In this document: positions 48,801-62,578 of the stretch, piece after piece
How positions within the stretch are numbered: position 1 is the stretch's first letter
Layout of the letters: each line of letters begins with the position of its first letter
Assembly: GCA_020137815.1 (NCBI GenBank)
Contig: CM035360.1
Coordinates: 4,650,001 to 4,714,000, forward strand
Source of the DNA: Hormiphora californensis
Taxonomy: Eukaryota > Animalia > Ctenophora
DNA: 64,000 nucleotides
Reading direction: 5' to 3'
Program-made: the position numbers and the translations under genes
The notes under the pieces: model-generated
Databases searched by the model: none
What the model saw: the letters and a program-made list of their open reading frames with translations, nothing else
Told to the model about the DNA's origin: nothing

Positions 48801-50300
48801 CTGGTCCCTGATTGGCTGATCAAAATAACGAGTTCTGACTGGTTGTTCACTTGTTTCGGTCGGTTCCTGATAAATTGGAACATGTGATTTCAGAATTTCC
48901 AGTTGTGATCAGCCAGTTGCCGCCTTTATCATGATGCACGATGGAGTGGCACAAGCCACCTGCAAAAGAGGCCACTTTCTTTCTAGCGTAAGTCCACTCA
49001 AAAGTGTGTTTTGTTAGGTCTGTTATTATAATAGACCCCTAGGCCCTACCACAACCCCGTACCACATACTGGGATAACCACCCTGTTAGCTATGATCTTT
49101 ATGTATTATTAACTATGATCTTTCTGTATTTTAGGTCCGTTTACTTGGGTACCACGGACACCTCGACGGAATGTGCTGCCCAAAGAGGAGAGGTTCAGGG
49201 TAAAAACAGGGTTTCAGCTACCGCCGCGGGAGTGATAAGAGACACAGAAGCATGCAATCTAAATAATACTGAATCGAAAACCCCAAAAAATTATTAACAA
49301 AAATGTACATGTATGGACAAAAAATCAAGCGCATGAATGTTTTTGAACCATTAACTTTTTCTGCAAGCTAAACAATTTAATCAGTCCTAGTTGAGCAGCT
49401 CAATAATCAATTAAATTTGTTTAATTAGCATATACACATGTGTACATATATACCTCTTGGGGAGCAACGTCGAATGAAATAGTCCTCATATCCACAATGC
49501 GCATCTCATCCACGCAGGGTAAGTAGGTAAACAGACCCGGTCCTGATCCCTCCCGGTCCTTGATCTGTCCCAGCCTGAAAATCACTGCCTTTTCGTATTG
49601 TTGAACAACCTGGGAATAATGAGCTTTTAGTTTGACGTCCGAGGATGATCTAAAAGAGTCAACTTCAAGTTGATCCTATCCCCATTTATATCAAAGAAGA
49701 AGAAGTCTAGAATGTGCTATTCCTGAGTATTTTATGCCACTGAGTGTAGCCCTCGGAGTAGCTTCATCTTGCCTAATCATTTTCGTACAAATCATAGTTA
49801 CATACCTTGATAACAAAGATGAGGGAGACAGGAAAGGTAACGATGACAGCGAGAATACTAACTAATGTCAATAGATAACCCACCAGCACATTACCCCGGC
49901 CAACTTCGTCACTTTCATCCACATTGAAATTCCGAGACTGTTCCTCTGGAATGAAGGAGTAATTTCCATACTTATATATAATTCATGATAATTATATTAA
50001 TTCAATTCACATATAAATAGTACAGTTGAACCCCCATTTACCGGGCAAAAGCCTTTCTCCAAGCATCCCGCTAAATCGGGGTCCGTCTGTATTAATTGGA
50101 TACAACACACTAAATATAAATATAGGAAAACAGTCGTGCCTGAACTTGAGGTTCAAGCACGACTGTTTTCCCCCAGTATTAATTAGATCTAATTAATGCA
50201 TACCTGGGTTAGTTGGATTACCTGTCTGGGAGGCAGAGTCACCTGTACCACATATCACCTCTAAATTAGTGCCAGTCGGCCGTCGCTGGCGTTCGGGCAT
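45864..50300 (-). CDS. STOM: Stomatin / MEC-2-like band 7 (SPFH) protein, 313 aa
   Basis: Exons 50300-50204, 49945-49806, 49609-49454, 47756-47612, 47284-47170, 46561-46483, 46259-46104, 45917-45864. Motifs VTFPVS..KVVQQYEKAVIFRLG, GPGL..PC, PQEILTKDSVTVTVDAVVYYRI, AQTTLRN, DPWGVVVERVEVKDV, QRAMAAEAEA, PAALQLRYLQTL..EKNSTIIFP. Confidence 0.95.
47495..47603. mobile_element. hAT-like MITE copy whose TSD includes a stomatin splice donor
   Basis: TSD AATGATAC at 47487-47494 and 47604-47611. Confidence 0.9.
48028..49203 (+). CDS. Nested antisense 4-exon gene: 141-aa secreted protein (signal peptide, acidic coiled coil, 4-Cys C-terminal domain)
   Basis: Exons 48028-48254, 48518-48553, 48894-48987, 49135-49203 are phase-consistent GT-AG, with Kozak-like caccATG. 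Product: MLVFVALVVVQGLLVSC-DS...LEGLLEEISARLERLEAKLAEAEE...SCDQP..AQATCKRGHFLSSV..GMCCPKRRGSG*. Confidence 0.75.
48776..48869. mobile_element. hAT-like MITE copy, reverse orientation, internally deleted
   Basis: CAGGAACCGACCG TIRs, TSD ATAAATTG. Confidence 0.88.
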
Positions 50301-51653
50301 AATATTGACAACAAACAACAACAAACTATAAATCTTAGAACTGCTGTAGTCCAGTATTTGGTAACTTTGCCTGTCACAGTACTGCTCTCACCTAACGATC
50401 TTTCTACTGCTCTCACCTTATAGTTATAATGTAACGATCTCACTTTTAATTTAGCTTTGTTTCATTGTGTGTTGACATTGCTTGTTACGGGTACTGCACA
50501 CGTGATTTAAATTTCCTGTTGCGCCCTTTTCCCCAATCTCCAACAGTATTCTTTGAAAGTGAATATATCACTCGAAATTAATTGGTTCCAATTTAAATTT
50601 ATCCCTGATAAAACAGTAAATGCATGTCTAGTAAAATCTAGACGGCTAGCCGCGGCTCCTGTCTAGTACCTGTTCTAATATCATTTAGAACGTGCATCTG
50701 ACATCTAGTATAAAATTACATTTTATCTAGAATGCTGACAGAATGCTGTGATTTGATTATGCACAGTTGCACATACTAATAATATATAAGCACCAAAAAC
50801 GATTTCATTGTTTGGAATGAACGGTACTTGAATTAAACATGTTAAAGTCTGTCAGCGCAGTGATCTGACCCTTTTCTCGAGAACCGTGGTCAGACATTGA
50901 AAGTTGAAACGCTAAAGCTATAAACTCTCTCTGTTTCTATGCAGTGACACATCACCAAACACGAGTTCCCTTTTATAACGGCCGTTTTACTCCTTGGCAT
51001 GGGGAGGTGAAATGCTTTTGCTATCCATTATAATTCTCGCACATATACTGTCTTTGTCACCAGAGAAAATACCTTTCACTTTCTGGCTATAACCACTATT
51101 ATACGGGGTAATTTTCTAGGGGGAAATATACCTCATGGCATTCGAAAAGCATATTACGCCGATCTTTTCTAAGAATATTACGTATTGCCTCACTCTATAA
51201 TGGGCAGAAGATTTGGGTGAAAGTACGTTACAACTTCCGTTAAATAACTCCTGCCTCGAGGTGCAGTGATATTTCACCAAATTACCAAGCCTAGCTCCCT
51301 GCCAACCCGAGAACTCTGATTGGCCAATCCAATATATTGGAGGTGTGACAAATAACAGGGACTGTTCTTCAGGTAATTATATTGTTGACATCATACCCAT
51401 TTAGTTTCCTCTCCCACCCCAAATAACAGGAGTGGTGATAAAGGTAGTCGTTGGTGCCAAATATGTTGTACCGGATTTCCGTTCTGCCCCCAAGTCCCAA
51501 CCCTTCTCTCTAGCTGTGTCCCAGCTGTTGTCGCCGTGTGTTTCTTGACAAGCTGCAAGTGCACCCACCAAATTGGATAACAAGTTTAGCTAGCTGCCAA
51601 CCCCTGCTTTCTTTCATCTTCTAACAAGCCTTCTCTCTCTCTCTCTCTCTCTC

Positions 51654-51797
<144 letters not shown>

Positions 51798-51845
51798 CCC
51801 CTAGCTGTGATAAGCATTACCTTACCATTTCGCGAATTTCATATC

Positions 51846-54800
51846 ATGTTTTTGTTTACCGTATTTTGCTGGGTAGCTGCTTTAGCAGGGGTTCAGGGCC
51901 AGATTGACAGTGTTTCTCGAAAGCAGTGCTCTTCATCCGACCTAATCTACCAATGCCGGAACATAAAATCTTGCTCAAGGTATTTATTACAAAGCACACG
52001 ACTCGTTCACCTACAACAGTGCTCTATCGGTTGCTGACGAGATGAAGTTCACGTTATCGAAACATTCGTTTAACTTGAATCAAACTTGATTGGTATAACG
52101 AAGCCTATATAACGTGACTGGTACAAACTTCGGCTGACCCAACTCTACGGAACCCTACTGCACTCACTCTGCTCAGGTATATCGATGATTTGGAGCCGAT
52201 ATGTGATATTATCAGAAAGATTCAGCCGGGAGCTCTGACCACAGCTCCCCCTCCAACTCAACCACTCACAACTAAACCGTTGACAACCAGTAAAGGTATG
52301 TTTCATAATTCCCTTATTGGCCCTTTTTGTCTCGGTTTGGTTTGGTTTGGCATGTTCCACAATTCACATTTTCTGGTACGAAATATAACTCCATTTGATT
52401 GGTTTATCAAAGGCCGGGTAAAGATCCAATGAATGGTTAATATTTCCTCTTGCAGAACGAACTACCATCCGAGCAACGACAGAGGGATACGAATACACGG
52501 TGACAACCTTTCCGCTTACTGTAAGAATGCTTTGTTCATCATTCAAGTGTATTTAGGTCAGGCCGAAGCTTTAAATGCATTTAAATTATCACTGTTATCA
52601 CGAAATCTCGTGCGCTCGCGCTCCGAAATGGGTCACGCTAGCGTTTCCTGGTATTTAGCAGATATCAGTTATGTGCAGTAGGAGGCCTAGTGTAGCGAAA
52701 CAGACACGACCCTTGTCAGGAGGAAGAAGACTCAGTTGTTGTTGAGGACGACACCCATGGCATGGACAATGTGCTGGTGGAAGAGGAGGACAGGATGAAA
52801 AGGATTGGAGCACGGATAGTAGGAAAACCAGTCAACATTACAATCCCTCCGGGAGCTACCGCTCGATTCTGGTAATATTACTGCAGTTTTTAATTGAATC
52901 AACTACCCGAAATATAATATATTTTATTTATCGGCGCTGGTGGTCACTGGTATCGGTTCGCATAATCCCATCAGGCCCCACGTGATCATTCTGAAATAGC
53001 GAGAGGGCTAACCAAAGGACCACCCTAGTGGAAAAGTGGAAAACGCTAAAAACTGTTTAGCCTTTTTTCTACGAGAGTGGTCCTTTTTAGTAAAATGCTT
53101 CTAATCTGCAGGTGTAAGTCCGAGGGAGCCCCAGCACCGGTTACCACCGTCACCAGGAGGACCGAGGTTGAGGTATCGGACCAGACCAGTAAGGTGGTGG
53201 GTGAGAGAGTTACTGCCGTGTCAGTCATACAGGAGATTGAAAATGTAAACATTCAGCATCAAGGTAAATTCTGTCAGAGCATTATTGGCCTGACAGGGTA
53301 TAACTCATGGGTAAATTACAATCTGCAACGATGCTGAAGAGGGGTTTGTTATAGCAACAGGATCCCTTAATTAGTGGAAGCTCTTACGGTTTTTCCCACG
53401 GTAGCCCGGGGATTTTCTCACACTGTGCTACACTTATTTCCCACGCCGTAAGAGCTTCCACTACTTAGCGTGGTAGGAAAGTTCGACTGGTGCCAGTTTT
53501 GTTTTAGGCGCTAGTTAACAAATAATCTGGTGCCATATGAATGCCGAAAAGGACTGAAGCCAATCGTGAATTACCAGTAATTATATACCAGTAATTACCC
53601 CAATAAGGTTGGTACCGATGTACTGCAAGTAATGGCTGGGGAACGGACTACGCTGATGCCTATTTGACTGTTCGTGACCTGTGTTTTGACGTTATTTGCG
53701 GAAATGGTGAAATGTGTAAAGCAGACTACTTGATAGGTAAAAAAAGATTTGGAATTTATTGGAGAAATCATTTCTTCTTTTATTGCTGAACAATGCATGC
53801 TATAACCATTTTTATTTAAAAAAAGGTCCCCCTACCCCTCCGTCGCCGTCGAGCACTTTAAAGTTAAAGACTGGTCTTTAACTTACAATGCTTGACACAC
53901 TCACTCTCTATCTCTCTCACTCTCTCTCTCTCTCTCCAACCCCCGCGACGGCAAGAGAGGCCTCAAGAGGGGGTATAGGGGACCTTTTTAAAGGGTTGAT
54001 TGAAAACAAAATACTAAATAAAATTATAGCATATATGCCAACTGAATAACTGCATCTTCGAAATGAATTAAAATACTAAATAAAATACTAAACAAAATAC
54101 TAAATAAAATACTAAATAAAATACTAGTACATACTAGTTTTCAGCTAAGCATGATAAGTATGGTTTTTATAAAATCCTAAAATATATTCATCAGGAACGG
54201 CTGAGTGTGTGTGTCAGGAGTGCAGTCCCACTGAATATAACCCTGTTTGTGGTGATAACTGTGAGGTCTACTTTAGCCCATGTCTGATGGAGTACGAGAA
54301 CTGCAGAAATGATACCGATATTTCAATCGCTTCCTACGGTTAGTTGTTGGTATCGAAGACACCTCACACTCAGGCCGCATCGCGGCCTTCGTTTGGTGCG
54401 CTTTGCGCGCCGGCAAGGGAGGGGTAACTTCGTTACCAAGGTTAGTTGATAATATCCGTAGACAAGGATACCGTCGTCTGCCAAAAATTGAAATCATTAG
54501 GGGTAAATAGCCGTTACTTGAACCTGAGGTTCAATCTCGACCCCAATATGCCAACGCTTATACTTAATATGTAAATCACTCTACACAGGATTTTGTCCCC
54601 AAGTCCGGAAGCCGGACATCCAAGTGTCGGCGGGATCGTATCTTTACTACTCAGTGGGAGATAGCATGGAGTTGCTGTGTATTGTATCACGAGATACAAC
54701 TCCCTTCCCTTCAGCGGTGTACTGGACACGCACAACAAATGCTGGCACACGCAAGGTATTATACACGTGTGTTTAACATGCTGCCAGTCTCAGATAAACC

Positions 54801-57800
54801 TCGGGAACGATGTGCCGAACCCCCATAAGAAGTTAAAAGTTTCCATGGAAAATGGAAATTCCAGCCAATAAAAACACCCCAGGAATTAGCCAAACTCCGC
54901 CAATACTCCACCCACTAAACTGTTATTTTAGGTCTCTGCGGGTGAAGTTTTACGAATTGGATCGCTAGAGACAGAGGATAGTGGAGTGTATGCTTGTGTG
55001 GTGGAACAGTGCAGAAACACCTACACATCACGAGATTCAGTACAGGTAAAATCATCAGCTCTACAGTTGGGGTTCGGTAAAATCATCAAAGTCTAATATT
55101 CTTCAATGTCCCTGTATCAGATACGCATCCGGCCATCTTCATTAACTGGAGCTCAGGTTAATGAGTTCTCTCGTTATCACAATTTATGCAATTATTTAGA
55201 TGAACGGTGGTCTAGCCGGAGATGACATGTTTTGAGTCTAGCCACTATAATAAGACACATCTTGTCAGTTCTCTAAACCCATTCGCCAGGAACAGTCCGT
55301 TATTTGTCATGTTGACCAACGGTCCCCGCATCACTGAAAATGATCATTCTGGACTTTTGGAATATTTATACTTTCTGTTTGCTTCCTTCACACCATAAAT
55401 CAACATTTTCTTGCAGGTAGATGTAACAGATGATATCACGCCCTCACCAACACCAGACAACCTAGAGACAGTAAAAAAGGTAACAAAGCATCTCCATGAC
55501 AATTACCAGATAGTTTTCTATCCCAAATGTAAATGGTAGCTATGGTAACCGATACCCCATTCCATATGGTAACCATGGTAACCAAAGCTTCATTCCAAAT
55601 GGTAACCATGGTAACCTGCAGACGTGTTCGGTTTACGGTGATCCACACTTCCTCACATTTGACGGCTATGCATATGACTTTATGGGGGAATGTCACTACG
55701 TCCTTGCCATGGATTGTCTGTACGCTCAGTGGATTATCTATGGGCAGTTGGAACGGTGCAGTGCTGATAATGTCAGGGGATCTTGTCTCAGGTATATATA
55801 GCAGTTATGGTGTGCGGACTCTAGTGCTACACTCTAAGTCTAAAGAGGACTCTATATCTAAATTTAGATTTAGATAAAGAGTCCAAATAATTCTAAACTC
55901 TAGGAGGACTCTTTATCTAAAAGTCTACACAGGGCGGACTCTTTATCTAAAAAGTCTAAACAAAGTGGACTCTATATCTACATAAATCTAAATTAGATAT
56001 AGAGTCCGCCTTTCGCCGCGAACTCGAGATTTCGGCCGTTAGGCCGGAAACGAGAGTTTGCTCTACCCCTATACTAATTTAGAAGTGTTAGGGCCGTTAT
56101 TTGGGTTCGAGGTTAGGGTTAGGGTTAGTGTTAGGGTTAGGTTTTGGGTTGGGTTAGGATTTTAGACATAGAGTCCGGGTTGGAGGATTTGGCGCCAAAA
56201 TGTACTAGAGGACTCTATATCTAAAAATTCTACACAGGGCGGACTCTTTATCTAAAAAGTCTACACAGGGAGGACTCTTTATTAAACTTTTTCAAATCTA
56301 ACTGTAGATAAAGAGTCCGTTTTTTAGATATAGAGTCCGCCTTGGATTTAGATAAAGAGTCTGTTTTGGCGGCCGATCTGTCTGTTGAAAATAAAAATGG
56401 AGTTACCTCTGGTGCGGCCAGACAGATAGTTATAAGGTTGTTATGTTCTATAACCCTCCTTTACATCTGTATTTCGCGGGCGGAGCTCGCGAAAATGGGG
56501 TCGAGCTAGGCAAGTATAAGGCCGTGCAGTAAGTTATGTTGTTATGCAGTAGCTGATCAGTGTGGTTTATACATAAGAGAATGTCTAAAGCAACCAACTC
56601 AACAATTTAACCAGCTGCATTTTTTATTTCCTCGATTCCTTGAAATTGAATATTAAAGAAGCATAAATCCGCGAGCTATACCCCAACTAAAATATATGCT
56701 CAATACGACTTTAGATTTAATTCTATAGAAAAATCCATATACCTTACTCTCGTTTTTTAAGAAACGCTTTAGTAAGAAACTTTTTTATAAGAAACTTTTC
56801 AAATGTAAATCACACAATTCAGAGACACCACAACAAAATAGAACACCCCTAACTTGTTTAGTTTCTTGATAAAGGAGAAATTCTTTTTGTTTTTGGATTG
56901 CTTACACCTGTAGTTTCCTTAAAAAAGGTATCTTATTTAAAAGTTTCATGAAATATGCGAGCTTAATTAACGAGAGTAAGGTATTTCAACTCTACATGTT
57001 TTCAGCGCGATAACAATATTCTCTGGCCGTAATGCGGTGGAGCTCCAAAGGGGCTGGATAATTAACGATCAGGGTAGTAAGATGAACATAACAGAGAGTG
57101 AGACCAAGACTAGTGGACCAATGACAATAACTTTTGATGGGAGGCATCTTCTTGTCAGGATTGCCGGATCAGGTATTATATGATCATGACCGCCCAGAAG
57201 GACCAGCTGGTCCAGGGGAGATATAGCAAAATATATAGCAAAAAGGAACCAATATGTTATCTCGTCTAGGTAGCACATCTTCATCACTTTCATCACGATA
57301 TATGGATCACGACCAGTCTGTATCTACGAGCTAAATTTTTTAACTCTGTGCACCTATTCAGATGTTGAGATATGGTGGGATGGTCTGGTATCAGTTCACG
57401 TGTCGATACCTGGTGGAGCAGAGGCATGTGGGTTGTGTGGAAACAATGATGATAACCCTGATAATGACCTTGATGTTGGCAGGTTAATTTTAATAGAGTT
57501 ATTATTACATAGGGGTGGGGTTGCCACTTGCCATGCTTCTCGGTCTGTCGTTCGCGTAAGCTAACTTCCGTCCGGTGTGAGAGCCGACAGACTGGGAACA
57601 TGTCAAGGGTGGGGGCTAGACAGGATAGAGGTATCTTGAAGTAGTGTTATATGAAATAATAAAATGGCTGTGGGCGATAGTTCCTTCTTTTGAAGTTGCA
57701 AGTGAATTGGTGAGTTCTAAGAGTCGTATCTTATCGTAATCCACACGCAGATCAGGAGTAAGGGCGGGGTCAGGCCTGTCCAGTGTGGATGTAGCTGATA

Positions 57801-58468
57801 GCTGGGCGGTAGATCGGTTGGATCAGTGTGAAAAACGAGTGCCAGTTACCATCAAGAAGTGCACTGCGACATCAAGAAACCAAGCGAAACGGGTAAGCGA
57901 GATATATTTAGAATTGTATTTAGAAACAGTTCCTTTGAAAAGTTCGGGAAATCAATACATACGAAAAACGAACTTGTTGTTCTTATTCGATGATATTGAA
58001 TGATTTCTAAAGACTAAAGGAGGATACGAATAATTTCACCATTTACAGAGGTGTGAGAGAGCGTTCAACCTGCGTGCGTTGAGGTCATGTTCCCTTGACA
58101 AGGCCTCATTTATTACCGCCTGTATGTATGATGTGTGCAGTCAATTGTGGATAGCTGATCAAGTTAAACCAGAATGTATCGCAGTTGCAAACTACATACA
58201 GAGGTAAACTATAGTCAAGAATCAATTTTTCAATATGATCCCTAAAAATTTCGAATAACGATTGGTTAGTTGATCAAACTGAATCACCAGAAGCCAATAT
58301 ACTTACATTTACAGGTGTGCATTTGATAAAGCAGGGAGGGTTCCCCGAACGGACTGGGAGGGAGAGTTGGGGTGTCCCCGGCTGTACGAGCTACAGGATA
58401 TCACAGTAGCTGAAGGGTGCCCCCAGGATATCAACGCTCTGTTAAGAAGGAAAGTTCGGGTTCAGTAA
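51846..58468 (+). CDS. Secreted multidomain protein: signal peptide, Thr/Pro-rich region, Ig, follistatin-N/Kazal, Ig, VWD (GDPH), C8
   Basis: Exons 51846-51979, 52177-52295, 52456-52520, 52720-52871, 53112-53263, 53608-53736, 54195-54338, 54589-54755, 54932-55045, 55417-55479, 55622-55791, 57006-57172, 57362-57482, 57751-57892, 58049-58203, 58315-58468. Motifs GWYRCTASNGWG, CVCQEC..NPVCG, EDSGVYAC, CSVYGDPHFLTFDG, CGLCGN.DDNPDND, ACMYDVC. A few boundaries are ambiguous. Confidence 0.88.
55814..56362. mobile_element. Modular MITE-like insert with reiterated GGACTCTWTATCTA motifs and a central TTAGGG-like tract
   Basis: More than ten direct and inverted copies of the motif, and ggttagggttagggttagtgttagggttagg at ~56110-56160. 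Ends are approximate. Confidence 0.6.
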
Positions 58469-59584
58469 CTTTTCTGTTTGGGATTCAGTAACAATTAACA
58501 TATTCAGACATTGATATTAAGACGTGATTTATATTCACAATTACAACTTGTTTAGTTGAATTGGTGCATATGCTGCAGTTCCCCCGTTATATAGAGGGGC
58601 CCGCAGCGTATGTCAATTAGTTGAATGGTTGATGCCAGATGATAACAGGTCTACAAACTTTTACAATGTAACAGCTATTATTACTGTGAGTGTCGTGGAA
58701 GTGAGGCACTATGCTAGGTTTTCAAAGTGTTTTATAATCTTTGCACTCGCTCGACTGCTACTTTTTGAGCACTATGCGGCCGACGTTCAGCCAAGTCATG
58801 AAGGATATATTTTTTCAGTTTGTTTTGACTTGCTTTTTACGCAAGAAATGGAGTATGCTGAAAAGTTTTTGACAGATTTTTACTGTGCATTTCTAGTATT
58901 TATTGTTAATTTCTACAATAGTTACCCCAAAAAACCTTTGAGTCGTAATGCCATATTTCCGGATTTCCCAAGCACATTCAAACATGAAATGGCTTTTCAG
59001 TAAACATGATCTAATTTTATTTCCTACAGAACTTTACTGACAGGCCAATAAGCCATTGTATACAACCGACCTAGAGAACATATGGGACACTCTGTATTGG
59101 CTGCATTGAATGTATGGATACTTCCTTTAATCCTTTAAAGGATCAATTGATTCCGGCCATACCATGGATTAAAGTGAAAGTAGTCGACAAGCTACATGGA
59201 AGCCTATACTTGAAATCTAGTTCGCGTAGATCCAAAAGCTTAGATTAACAATTAAAATATATTGATGGTAAAAAGTTGTTCACTGTCTAATGATTTTAGA
59301 TTATTTATTCATTTATGCTTAGGATTATCTATCTCTGATCCCTGGCCTCATCGAGCCGATCGTATACGGCAAGAAGGAGAGAAAAAATGCGAGTCATCAA
59401 TTTATGGGGTCTCAAATTGAAAAAGGCCCGGCAAGTCTTTAAGGTAATGGACTTAGAAGCAGCACAATTTATTCCATCAACATAATATTTAAGTGTTATG
59501 AGAGATATCTTATGATGTGTTTGAGTGGGTTTTCCTTAACTTTTATAAGATGTCAGTTGCCGCAATGAACAATCTTCTTCTTCG

Positions 59585-59620
<36 letters not shown>

Positions 59621-59760
59621 CCCTCTCATAGCAGCCCGCTATATCTGTGCCTCTCTGTCCCTCAGGAATCAGGATCAATAACTTTATAAAGTCCAATTCG
59701 ATGCGGCACCTTGCGAACAATCGATCGAAAGTTATAGTGATCTCTCTTTTCTCTCTCTCA

Positions 59761-59899
<139 letters not shown>

Positions 59900-61281
59900 C
59901 CTGTCTGTCGTACTTATATATTGATTTTATTTTACGTACATGGTCGGCATGCCCACTCCCCGATTTCCATTTCCAATAAACCAGATTATATTAATTTTAG
60001 CTTGATAGTTTTGGAGTGCAGTTGTAGTGCACCGGGTGCCGACAGTGCTCTATCACAGGGTGAGAGCAAATACAAATTGAAACAAGTTAGTTCTAACCTG
60101 TTTCAATTAGTTTTGGAGTCTGTTGTCGCGAATTCATGTCGAGCTTCCCCCAAAAGAAATATGTTGCGGGAAAGAGCTTCGCATCTCATTTGAATATTGA
60201 TTAAGACCACCATCAATGATAATATCTGACTGACAAAGGTACTACTATGTTAAAGGTTTATCATCCTATCATTATATCTATCGCCCATTCCGCGCCCACG
60301 ACGCCATGACACATGGGGGAATTGGGGAAAATAATAAGTAAACCCCCAAAGATGGTGATAATATAGTAAATAAGAATAATTGAAACCCCCATTTCTCTCA
60401 ATTGAGTATTGAGATGTGAAATATTGATTGCGAGATCATTGGTTTCCATACGTTGGTGGCAGCTTCGTGGCAGCTTGGTGGAAGTTAATACAGACGCCTA
60501 GGATAAGCTTACTTTTAAACACTGGATCAAAAAATCCACGTTATGATGTTTCAAAACCATTTTGATCTTGAAAATATCCGCAAACATTTCCATTCATAAT
60601 TACTAGCATGCCAGTTCTTTATTAAATGCTTTTTAACTTTATGATGTCACTTTTGAATTCGGATTAAATATCTATCTCTCATTGACTTATCCCTATTGCA
60701 CTTGCAAAGCTTTCTCTCTCTATCTTTCTATCTCTCTGATCTCTCCCCTTTCTTTCTTTCTCTCAGCTCGTGCTGCCACAATAATCAATATACATGTCCA
60801 ATGAACACGTATAGGGTTTATTGGTCTAATAATTGACCACCCCATCTAGATGACTTTCTCTCTCTCAGCTCTCTCTCTCCCTCTCTCTCTCTCATTCCCC
60901 CTCTCTCTCTCTCTCTCTCCCCTCTCTCTCCCTCTCTCTCTCTCTCTGTCCCTACAGGGCGCCTGACATCAGTCGGCGACGCGGACACTCGGCTATATTG
61001 ATTAACTCTATCTAATAGGCTGACTTATTGACAATATACTGACCCTATTGCATTCAGCTATTAAATAGCCTCCCCGCCAGTGCCCCACTTTTTGAGCCCA
61101 ATTTGTTCGCCTAGGACAAGTGAATCATCTTGTAACGTGGGTCCACTTCATTTGGGCAAATTTTATTTGCTTTTTACGTTTTCTTTACTATATCTGCAAG
61201 TATATCTTTAGTAATTCCTAGTTCATAGTTTGAACTTAACACTCTGATCATTTTCATTATTTTTCGTTTCTAAATAGGAGC

Positions 61282-62578
61282 ATGCCTTCATTTATGATAA
61301 AGGACTTGCTAAATCTAGCGTGTGAGCCTTTGTCAGAGGAAGAGGGTAACAAGGTATAGTAATTGATCAAAATTGAAACCCGGATAAAGATTTTACTTTA
61401 ATTAGTCTAGACCGTGAGGTTTTTTGAGGTTGAGATATCTTATTAAACCTGTTTCTGTAGGTCCCGAGTGATAGGTCGTCTCCGATCCAAAGCAGTTGCA
61501 TCACCGCCATTCCAGGACGACACATCATCTCAGATAAAGTTAGCCCAGGTAGCTGCAGTAGCCCAGGGAGTCTGACAGGGTGTCCTCGAAGGGGTGGCAG
61601 CAGTCTAGTGGGGGATCACCGACCTGGGTCAGTGTGGTGGAAACCCTCTTCAAGTAAAACCAAGGCAAAAGTTCGAACTGTCTTTACCGATATTCAGAGG
61701 TAAAATTTTTGCACTCAGTACAGGCACACAGCTCAAATTGTGCCTCGAATTGTCTTTTGTGAGACAAGATTAGCTTAAAAAATTTCGCTATTTGCTTAAC
61801 TATCATTCCAAATTACAGGTTTGTACTTGAGCAGACTTTCAAAGATTACAAGTTCCTGGCTTACTCAGAAAGGGAGGAGTTGGCGATAAACCTGGGTCTC
61901 TCCGAAAACCAGGTTCGTTAAAAAATAAACCTTATTTGAATCGTTTTTTGTCATTCATTCTTTTTCTTCTTTTGTCATTCCTTTACAAATACAAATAAGG
62001 CATTGCTAAATTGCGTATCCTATTCCCCTCCCCATCAAATCCAAGTTCTTTAGTTCTATATTTTTATTCAGATCAAAACATGGTTTCAAAATCGACGAAG
62101 TAAATGGAAAAAGAAGAAGCCCTACGAGAGCAGGAGGGTGCTATCTTTTCTACGTGCCGGGGTCCCCCAACATCTAATTCCTGCAACGACAGAGTCATCA
62201 GCAGGTAAACGTTTAAATTTGTCGAAATCAAAACGTTTTCTGCTGTCCCAGCGCCTCGTTCCTTGCCTGTCAGAGCATTGGCTTGAACCATTCTCGTTTC
62301 TCGAGCGCACGAGAACTGTGGTCAGAGCATTGGCTTGACAGTGCCTTGCTGTAATTAGGAAACAGATGGGCATATAATGCCATTATATTATGGGGATTAT
62401 GGGACCTTAAAACAATTCTGTTTCAGGGGACCATTCTACGGTGTTTGGCGACTCCACGTCGTCTTCTTCTCCTCCTTCTGTTGGTGCATCGTCTTTAGCG
62501 TGGCAGTTATTTAACTCAGTCGACGAATCATTGCTAGCCAAGACTATACTACAACACCACGCTAGTAGGGGGTCATAG
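61282..62578 (+). CDS. ANTP-class NKL homeobox protein (Bsx/Bar-like), 229 aa, with N-terminal eh1 motif
   Basis: Exons 61282-61353, 61461-61699, 61819-61912, 62072-62204, 62427-62578. eh1 SFMIKDLL. Homeodomain KAKVRTVFTDIQRFVLEQTFKDYKFLAYSEREELAINLGLSENQIKTWFQNRRSKWKK, with an intron at the Q|I junction of helix 3. Confidence 0.92.
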
